DNA from: a virus
Direction: 5' to 3' (one strand)
IMG/VR virus record: IMGVR_UViG_2861452123_000001
Coordinates: 13,139-77,138 of that record
Length of the DNA stretch: 64,000 nucleotides
Made by a program: the position numbers and the translations under genes. Positions within the stretch are counted from its first letter, which is position 1. The number at the start of each line of letters is the position of its first letter. Positions 7,339-13,638 of this stretch are shown here, piece after piece. Under the pieces are notes generated by a model. That model ran no database searches. It was not told where the DNA came from and was given only the letters and a program-made list of their open reading frames with translations.

Positions 7339-7410
7339 TGGCCTACCCTTTCAGACCGGCGTTGTCCCGGTGCACCTGTATTCACTCTTAGCCATGGCCA
7401 GGCGGGTAGG
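7339..7410 (-). ncRNA. Three-way-junction RNA ending in CCA
   Basis: CCTACCC/GGGTAGG + CCA; arms GCCTG/CAGGT and ACCGG/CCGGT. Confidence 0.45.
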
Positions 7411-7415
7411 TAACG

Positions 7416-7504
7416 CGGAAGGCAGAGGGCACGCTCCCCGAGCAGCCGAACTGCTACCTGGCTTTCGACACCAGTCGCCCCACTACGGGACTGCTGTACC
7501 TTCC
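7416..7504 (-). tRNA. tRNA-Ser(CGA)
   Basis: Loop GT-CGA-AA; long variable arm AGCAG/CTGCT; G73; T loop AGCGTGC. Confidence 0.8.
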
Positions 7505-7595
7505 ATGGGACGTATAACACTGTTTGTTCGGGTTCCCCCTACCGGCGTTACGTCATTATCAACCCGGTCTGCCACGACCCCGTCGTGGACTTTCG

Positions 7596-7670
7596 TCGGG
7601 AAGGCTGGATTCGAACCAGCGACACCCCGCTTCCAAAGCGGTCAGGCTGACCAAGCTGCCCCACATCCCG
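7596..7670 (-). tRNA. tRNA-Pro(TGG)
   Basis: CCGC-TTTGGAA-GCGG arm; C1:G72; A73. Confidence 0.92.
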
Positions 7671-7714
7671 ATTGCGACGGTTCCCACGACTTAGCTTTAC
7701 CGACAACGCATCAC

Positions 7715-7788
7715 GCACCCCGTCGAGGATTCGAACCTCAACCACCTGGATCAGAGCCAGGCATCCTGCCAGTTAAACGAACAGGGTA
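7715..7788 (-). tRNA. tRNA-Gln(CTG)
   Basis: CCTGG-CTCTGAT-CCAGG arm; canonical T loop. Confidence 0.88.
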
Positions 7789-7985
7789 TGGAGACGCTTC
7801 GTTCAGTCGGCCCAGCGTCACTGCCGATCACGCGCCCAGGCTGGGGACGGCCCTACCTACCCTCACCGTGCCCACGGGCGGGAGTGGTACCTCGCGTGTA
7901 TGTCAGAGCGGGTTCTCCCATTCATGACTGAGAGGGTGGACCGCTGACCCAGTTGACGGTTTGCCCCGGCCAACCAACGGAGTTG

Positions 7986-8067
7986 TCTCGACTGATGGAT
8001 TCGAACCACCACACCCGAAAGCTCTGATTTACAGTCAGAGATCCTTCGCCAATAGGAGAGAGCCGAG
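7986..8067 (-). tRNA. tRNA-Tyr(GTA)
   Basis: TCTGA-CTGTAAA-TCAGA arm; variable arm; C1:G72; A73. Confidence 0.88.
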
Positions 8068-8072
8068 ATGTC

Positions 8073-8173
8073 ATGGAATGACCGGCTTTTCCCCGGCATC
8101 TGCGACCGTCGACTGTCGCCGTGCTACCAAGAGCCGTCGCCACATGGCTGGTTTACCCTTGCACCACATTCCA
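8073..8173 (-). ncRNA. tRNA-like RNA with the anticodon arm replaced by a multi-hairpin insert
   Basis: Acceptor TGGAATG/CATTCCA; D-like and T-like arms; ~50-nt central domain. Confidence 0.5.
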
Positions 8174-8232
8174 AGTTTGGAGCCGGTGCTCGGCTCTTCG
8201 CCGACTAGCTAGCACGCACCGACACGTTTAAC

Positions 8233-8371
8233 GGAGCCGCTCTACCGTTGAGCCGTATACAACTGCCCGCACAAAGCCCCAACTGCTGGTACCGCGTCGG
8301 TGTAACTCTGCTCTCCCCCTGCAGAGGGAGCGGGAGGTCGCAGGGGGATTCGAACCCCCAACCACTCCTCG
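8233..8371 (-). ncRNA. Circularly permuted tRNA-like RNA 2
   Basis: GGAGT-GGTT-[GGGGG TTCGAAT CCCCC]-TGCGAC...GTTGTA-TACG-[GCTC AACGGTA GAGC]-G-GCTCC. Confidence 0.7.
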
Positions 8372-8444
8372 CTGGCCCACCAGGATTCGAACCTAGAGTC
8401 ACGCCTTAACAGGGCGTTGGTTTACCGGATTAACCGACAGGCCA
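8372..8444 (-). tRNA. tRNA-Asn(GTT)
   Basis: ACGCC-CTGTTAA-GGCGT arm; G73. Confidence 0.92.
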
Positions 8445-8848
8445 ATGGTATTGCAGTAATCACATCCGCTGCAACGCTGCCGATGTGTCCTTCCCCGATG
8501 GCAATTAGCGCACACCAGGTCGCACTTCACTGCTTCCGCTCGCATGCGGGCGAGGGAAACGATTGTGTTGCCGTCCGCTACACCGAATAGCTTCTCGGCC
8601 GGATCTCGGTGATCAAAATCCATCGCGTACGGCGGATATTCATTGCCGCAGTCGAGACACTTGCCCCCGTGCTCGGCAACCAGGGTTGCCTTGTTCTTTC
8701 GCCTAGTTCGAGCCACTGCATCAGAAGCCGATTCCTTTCGGCATACGTTGCAATGTCGGTCTTTTCGGATCACATCAACAGGACGATCACTGCGGTACTG
8801 GAACTCACTAAGTGCTTTCAATTTCCCACACTTGGGGCACGCTTTCAT
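8399..8848 (-). CDS. Free-standing HNH (homing-type) endonuclease in the tRNA operon
   Basis: CPKC...CNVC Zn motif, CLDC, MDFDHRDP, CDLVCANCH; RBS GAGGGTAGG. Confidence 0.88.
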   Translation of the reverse strand: MKACPKCGKLKALSEFQYRSDRPVDVIRKDRHCNVCRKESASDAVARTRRKNKATLVAEHGGKCLDCGNEYPPYAMDFDHRDPAEKLFGVADGNTIVSLARMRAEAVKCDLVCANCHRGRTHRQRCSGCDYCNTIGLSVNPVNQRPVKA

Positions 8849-9065
8849 GAGTTCACCTACCCTCTTATCAAGTCTGCCCCCACGGATGTCCGCAGTGGGG
8901 GATGCGGGGCAAATCGGTCGCCACTCCAGCGCCATTGCAGGCCGCGTATGCAACGGTGTGCGCCACTGTCGTTCGCGTTAGACTGCCTGCAACTAGGGCC
9001 GAACGGCGAACCGTCCAACCTCCACCACTTGCTTTTGAGGCGGGAAAGCAAGAAACCAAGTAACA

Positions 9066-9189
9066 GGCCCTGTGCTGCCTTACACCACGTCGACTCGCTC
9101 GCTGATCTGGCGGCGGCAGGCATGCGGCTGTACAGACGGCACACGATGTAAACGACGGCGGGACTTCGAAACCCGCACCAGGGCCTTTG
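9066..9189 (-). ncRNA. Circularly permuted tRNA-like RNA 3
   Basis: GGCCC-TGGT-[GCGGG TTTCGAAGT CCCGC]-CGTCG...CGACG-TG-[GTGT AAGGCA GCAC]-A-GGGCC. Confidence 0.72.
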
Positions 9190-9557
9190 TGGAGCTGCCG
9201 AGAATCGAACTCGGGTCTCATGCAGTGTTTGTCAAGCCTTCTACGTGCGTAGCGTTTGGCGACTTCTATACCGCTGCCCTCCGCGAGGCGGTTGCCGGTC
9301 TCCATTCCGGCTCTGCTCATGACTTCCGCTATTTTGCCTCTTGCGACGTGGTGCTCAATTCCTGCGAGGGTTCCCCGTATTTCGGCAGTGGATTGGCACA
9401 CGGAACGGGTGAACCGTTGTGCCCCACTGGACTAAGCCGCTGCGGCGTAGTCGGACGCGGTGAAAGCTGCGTTTATTGGGTTTGCACTGTTACGGGACGT
9501 TGCTTCCCGGCACGCTTCTCAAGACATACAAGCTCATGATCGAAACCTGTCAGCCCC
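9190..9557 (-). ncRNA. ssrA: tmRNA, tag (A)AAFTASDYAAAA
   Basis: 5' GGGGCTGACAGGTTTCGA; 3' GTTCGATTCTCGGCAGCTCCA with G3:U70; AATAAAC-GCA resume site; tag ORF 9470-9432. Confidence 0.95.
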
Positions 9558-9675
9558 AAAGGTATTGCTATGTAGTTGTCAAAGTCCCAATTGAAAGTGC
9601 TCAACCGGATTTTTGTTTGGGGGGGATTTTGAAACCAAAAGCCTTTTACCCAAACCGAAATCGCGGTTTACTGCG

Positions 9676-9748
9676 CGTAACCGGCACGATTCGAACGTGC
9701 ATCCACCCGCTTTGGAGGCGGGGACTCTACCAATTAAGCTACGTTCAC
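9676..9748 (-). tRNA. tRNA-Trp(CCA)
   Basis: CCCGC-CTCCAAA-GCGGG arm; G73. Confidence 0.92.
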
Positions 9749-9749
9749 A

Positions 9750-9784
9750 TGGTGGCCCACCGAGGCTTCGACTCCCGGTGGGCC
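9750..9784 (-). ncRNA. 35-nt acceptor/T-arm minihelix with ACCA end
   Basis: GGCCCAC-CGGG-AGTCGAAG-CC-T-CG-GTGGGCC-A-CCA. Confidence 0.55.
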
Positions 9785-9857
9785 AAGAGCCTGCCTCGCC
9801 ATTGATGGAAGGCTCTTACCTGTACCGCTGTGAGGCATTCGGTGCCTGACATGTATG

Positions 9858-9889
9858 AGATTAGAGGGTCGTGAAGAGGGATTACAGGG
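9858..9889 (-). promoter_or_regulatory. Phage-type promoter of the tRNA operon (CCCTGTAATC-N16-TAATCT)
   Basis: Motif 9889-9880; -10-like hexamer 9863-9858; directly after a terminator. Confidence 0.7.
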
Positions 9890-9890
9890 A

Positions 9891-9936
9891 AACGAAAAGG
9901 CCCCCTGACCGGCGTTGTCGCCAGCCTGGGGGCCTT
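9891..9936 (-). terminator. Intrinsic terminator upstream of the tRNA operon
   Basis: AAGGCCCCC...GGGGGCCTTTTCGTTT. Confidence 0.8.
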
Positions 9937-9956
9937 GGCCCGAAGCTCTCAGAAGG

Positions 9957-10142
9957 TCAGTTCTGTGGCGTGGGGAAGGAGTGGGCTGGGGCGGTGCCGG
10001 TGCCGTCGATTCGCTGATTCAGCTGGGCCAGCGTGAAGTCAGCGTGCGGGCCTGCGCCGACGAGCGGCTTGACGATGGCGGCGAGGGCGTCCTCGGCTGC
10101 CTGAGATCCGGTGAGGTTGTAGCTAGCGGGATCGAGTGCCAT
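9957..10142 (-). CDS. Hypothetical protein
   Basis: AAAGGA RBS; 61 aa. Confidence 0.7.
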   Translation of the reverse strand: MALDPASYNLTGSQAAEDALAAIVKPLVGAGPHADFTLAQLNQRIDGTGTAPAHSFPTPQN

Positions 10143-10206
10143 GGGTGTCCTTTGGTCTGAATGGTGTGCTGCGCAGCACCATCAGGTGGCGCGGGCTTCT
10201 ACAACC

Positions 10207-10229
10207 AGTTTAGCACGTGTTTGCTGGCT
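10207..10229 (-). promoter_or_regulatory. Putative promoter AGCCAGCAAACA-N5-TAAACT (with TGn extension)
   Basis: Same 12-mer and spacing as at 44335-44357. Confidence 0.45.
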
Positions 10230-10238
10230 GGGATTTTC

Positions 10239-10556
10239 TCACGCCCGCCAGTCGCGTGACTGTGGGTGCGTGCGACGCTTCTTCACCTTGCTGCCACGGC
10301 GCTGGTTGCAGACCAGGTGGCATGGGACAAGGTTGCTGTCGGCGTACGTGAGTGGGTCATCCCAGGCGAGCTGCGACACGGGGATGATGTGGTCGACGGT
10401 GGCGCTCAACGGATCTGGGTACTTTAGGTCGAGATCGATCAGTGTGCGGCATTCGTCGCAGATCTGGTTGGCCCGCAGGACTCGCTGCTTGGCTCGTTCG
10501 AACTTGGCCCCAGTCCGGCCGAGCGAGCGTGGGCCGTTCTTCGAGCTGGTAGGCAA
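10239..10556 (-). CDS. HNH endonuclease (terminase-associated type)
   Basis: CDEC, TVDHIIPVS, SNLVPCHLVCN. Confidence 0.9.
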   Translation of the reverse strand: MPTSSKNGPRSLGRTGAKFERAKQRVLRANQICDECRTLIDLDLKYPDPLSATVDHIIPVSQLAWDDPLTYADSNLVPCHLVCNQRRGSKVKKRRTHPQSRDWRA

Positions 10557-10589
10557 TGGGTTCCTCTACCCATTATCCCATGGAGTTAG

Positions 10590-10877
10590 CTACTGCGGCA
10601 CTCCGCGCCCGTACGGCCACTGCCGCACCGGATACCACTCGGTCTCGATGGTGCTGCCCTCAGAGTGGTACGCGATGTTATGGAGGGCGATCAGACGGAA
10701 TTGCTGTTGTACGCCATCAACTTCCACGGTGGCTATTACCTCGGGCCAGGTGTCGTCCTGCTGCCACTTGCTATTACCGACGGTAAATGGACGTCCCCAG
10801 AGGTGCTGCATGACCACGTTGTACAGCTCGGTGCCGCTGTTGAGTTCGAGCTTCACGCCTTGAAGATTCGCTTCCAT
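10590..10877 (-). CDS. Hypothetical protein
   Basis: ORF in a coupled gene train. Confidence 0.65.
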   Translation of the reverse strand: MEANLQGVKLELNSGTELYNVVMQHLWGRPFTVGNSKWQQDDTWPEVIATVEVDGVQQQFRLIALHNIAYHSEGSTIETEWYPVRQWPYGRGVPQ

Positions 10878-11023
10878 CCGCGCTGGCGCTGGTCGAGCAG
10901 GGCGTTCACGGCATCCGCGTACTCGCACACCACCTCATAGTGGTGTTCGACAGAACGGGTCGGAGTGGCTGATCGCTCGCGGCGTAGCTTCGCGATGGCG
11001 TCCAGGATCTCAGCGTCGGTCAT
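10853..11023 (-). CDS. Hypothetical protein
   Basis: 56-aa coupled ORF. Confidence 0.6.
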   Translation of the reverse strand: MTDAEILDAIAKLRRERSATPTRSVEHHYEVVCEYADAVNALLDQRQRGWKRIFKA

Positions 11024-11202
11024 GCGCCCTCGTCTACTAGTTCCAGGGTCGGCTCCCAGCCGTCCTGCCATACAACGACCCGATAGATGTCACCCGCGCC
11101 TCGAAACAGCTTGGTGCGCACACCCTTCGCCGCAGCGAGCACGTTGTAGGTGCCCAGGACTCGGTCGCCCTTGATGAGTAGAAACTTGCCCTCTTGGTAC
11201 AT
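11020..11202 (-). CDS. Hypothetical protein
   Basis: 60-aa coupled ORF. Confidence 0.65.
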   Translation of the reverse strand: MYQEGKFLLIKGDRVLGTYNVLAAAKGVRTKLFRGAGDIYRVVVWQDGWEPTLELVDEGA

Positions 11203-11540
11203 CAGTCCCTTACGCGAACGTCGAAGCAGTTGGATGCGATGGGCTCGACGGAAACCGCGCGGCTAGCGCTGACACTCAGCACGCCGTCCTTCATGCGGAC
11301 GCCGACCTCGTCGTAGCTGTACTTCGAGGGTTCGCCGGTCGCGGAGAAGTACACGGTCTGGTACCCACGCTCGCTGGGAATGTACAGCTTGTTCTTCCAA
11401 TCGCCGTACCAGATGTGCGTCGGCTCCACGGTTTCCAAGTGTTCGGCGAGACGATGCTCCGCGGTCGCGGCGCGGTGACGCTCCCTGGCTAGCTCTTCGC
11501 GTGCCCACCGGGGCAGCTTCTCTTCACGGGGATCGCTCAC
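11202..11540 (-). CDS. Hypothetical protein (KLPRWA family of actinophages)
   Basis: GTGA-coupled ORF. Confidence 0.7.
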   Translation of the reverse strand: MSDPREEKLPRWAREELARERHRAATAEHRLAEHLETVEPTHIWYGDWKNKLYIPSERGYQTVYFSATGEPSKYSYDEVGVRMKDGVLSVSASRAVSVEPIASNCFDVRVRD

Positions 11541-12322
11541 GCTGCATCCTTTCGTATCACCAGCATGGTGTTGCGGTCGAGTGTCGTTGCGTCCATGTCC
11601 ATCCCGATGATCTGGGTTACATGCGCCGGTCCTGTGTACAGGCTGTTGTACCGGTTGTGATAGTGCCCGTGGAACAGGACGGCCGGACGGACAACGTCGA
11701 CCACCTTCTGCAGCTGCTTGCGGTTGACGGTGGACGCCTCGATCTCCGAGAGTGGCCACCCGCTACGGGCGGCGTCGAGCTTGTCGTCGGCATGGATGCC
11801 AGGAATGGCAACGCCGTATGGGCAGTCGTGGGTGACCATCACATCGACGTGACTGCCGTCTCCGATGGCACGTGCTACGTCGGCGTCGGAGATGTGTTCC
11901 CCGTCCCACCAAGACTTACCAGGGGTACGCTGCAGTCGGTCCACGGAGTGCGCACCACCGAGTGACATCCAGGTCTGGCCCCACCATTCCCAGCGGTGAC
12001 CGCGTGGCATGTGAATGATGTTGGGGTAGTTGGGGGCTGACCATGGCTGGTGATCGAAGGCGTCGACCCACTCTTCGAGGTCGTCGTGGTTCTCATGGTT
12101 GCCGTCGACCCAGTGCAGGGTGACGCCGCACTCCTGAAGGTTCTCCTGCAGGAACCGCAAGTACTTCCACGTGTCGCGGTCGAGGACACTCCACCAGCCG
12201 AAGTCGCCGACGTGAATGATGGTGTCGGCACCCGACTTGCGGGCGTGATGGATGACCTTCTGGCCCCATGCGCCGTTGCCATGCCAGTCGCCTGCGACGA
12301 GGATCTTGGTGGGTTCGTTCAT
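11537..12322 (-). CDS. Calcineurin-like metallophosphoesterase
   Basis: GDWHG, VGDFG, VDGNHENH, VTHD, FHGHYH. Confidence 0.93.
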   Translation of the reverse strand: MNEPTKILVAGDWHGNGAWGQKVIHHARKSGADTIIHVGDFGWWSVLDRDTWKYLRFLQENLQECGVTLHWVDGNHENHDDLEEWVDAFDHQPWSAPNYPNIIHMPRGHRWEWWGQTWMSLGGAHSVDRLQRTPGKSWWDGEHISDADVARAIGDGSHVDVMVTHDCPYGVAIPGIHADDKLDAARSGWPLSEIEASTVNRKQLQKVVDVVRPAVLFHGHYHNRYNSLYTGPAHVTQIIGMDMDATTLDRNTMLVIRKDAA

Positions 12323-12477
12323 CGGTTGACCACCATGACGTTGCGCCACTCCTCGGCCTTGCAGCCCATGCAGGTGCGCTTCTGGCACACCTGATCGCCG
12401 TTGTTGAACGCCTCGCCCCACGCGGTGTACATGTGGAAGCCGTGGAGGCTGCAGAGGTCTATTGCGCCAAGGCTCAC
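12319..12477 (-). CDS. Small Cys/His-rich protein
   Basis: Coupled ORF with C...H...CxxC pattern. Confidence 0.55.
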   Translation of the reverse strand: MSLGAIDLCSLHGFHMYTAWGEAFNNGDQVCQKRTCMGCKAEEWRNVMVVNR

Positions 12478-12977
12478 GCCGCCGCGTCCTCGTCGTCGTA
12501 CATCTCCGTCATCCACGCGGGCATGCCGCAGCTCTTGCGCTTCTCCCACGCGTCCTTGTTGCGGTTGTACTGCTCCTGCTGCTTGGCGGTCTCACCGATG
12601 GCGTGAACCCATTCGAGGTTCATCGCGTAGCAGTTGAGGTGGTTACCGTCGCGGAAACGGATGCGCCACCTCATGTGGTCGGCTGGGTTGTCCCATGGGA
12701 TGCCGTAGAACGCTGCAGCGACGAGGTAGGCGATACGGGTTTCGGCGTTCCTGAAGTCCCCGCGACCCGTGCCCTTGTAGATGTTGACCACCGGGTGCTT
12801 CACACCCTTGAAGGACGGCTTGCCCATGCGCCAGTTAAGGATTCGACCCTTGAAGTGGCGAGTTACCGTCGTACCGGCCTTGGTGATGTACGTGGTCTCG
12901 TAGTCGACGGTTTGAATGCGGCCGTCGTCGCTGGCTTCGTGCTTGGGATGGCCGGGGATCGGCTTCCATATGGTCAC
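12474..12977 (-). CDS. NUMOD4 / degenerate HNH-domain protein
   Basis: WKPIPGHPKHEASDDGRI; YLVAAAF...RFRDGNHLNCYAMNLEWV. Confidence 0.75.
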   Translation of the reverse strand: MTIWKPIPGHPKHEASDDGRIQTVDYETTYITKAGTTVTRHFKGRILNWRMGKPSFKGVKHPVVNIYKGTGRGDFRNAETRIAYLVAAAFYGIPWDNPADHMRWRIRFRDGNHLNCYAMNLEWVHAIGETAKQQEQYNRNKDAWEKRKSCGMPAWMTEMYDDEDAAA

Positions 12978-13041
12978 AGCACATCTCCCATGATGATCCA
13001 GAATGCGATGGCGGTTCCCGCGAGGAGGAACAGCATGATGG

Positions 13042-13638
13042 CTACGCCCATGAGCGAACCTCGGCTTCGAACGCGGGGTTGCATAGGGCCGCAGGCGACC
13101 GCTTATCGCGGAGTAGCGACACGATGAAGTCGCCGTCGATTGGGTCAGCGCCGGGGAGTTCCTGGCCCTGCCATTCGAGATAGAGCGCCTTGGCTGCGAC
13201 GAGGGACGACCGGTTGAGTCCAGCCTGGCAGTGCACCAGGACGGGGCCGGACTCGCGGCAGAGGTTGACCCAGCGAGCGAGCGCGTCGACTTGCTCGTAG
13301 CCCTGGTCCTCGGCGTCGTACATCTGCACGTACGTCTCGGACAGCACGTCATGGTTGATCGTGTACCGCTCCCACGGGTACAGCGACACCAGATGCTTGA
13401 TGTGCTTCGGGAGCACCAGGCCGGTTTCGCAGCCGCCCTGCCACAGGTTGTGTCCGATCTCGGAGATGTACGGCATGTCGAATGGCGTCCACCCATGGCG
13501 AGCCACGCCGCTGAGGCGCTGTGTCTGCGGGTCGGTGGTGATGTCGATGGCGGTGTGGTCGCCGTTGGACGCACGCCACTCGCGAGTAGTCGTTGGGTCG
13601 GTCACGACGAGGGTGATGTCCTCGGTGCGGAGCGCCAT
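13042..13638 (-). CDS. Dual-specificity (CX5R) phosphatase
   Basis: LVHCQAGLNRSSLV P-loop. Confidence 0.9.
   Translation of the reverse strand: MALRTEDITLVVTDPTTTREWRASNGDHTAIDITTDPQTQRLSGVARHGWTPFDMPYISEIGHNLWQGGCETGLVLPKHIKHLVSLYPWERYTINHDVLSETYVQMYDAEDQGYEQVDALARWVNLCRESGPVLVHCQAGLNRSSLVAAKALYLEWQGQELPGADPIDGDFIVSLLRDKRSPAALCNPAFEAEVRSWA

Noticed and set aside
8993-9072. Intact tRNA-Leu(CAA)
   Set aside because: Anticodon stem has two mismatches, there is no D arm, and its 5' strand is better used by permuted element 3
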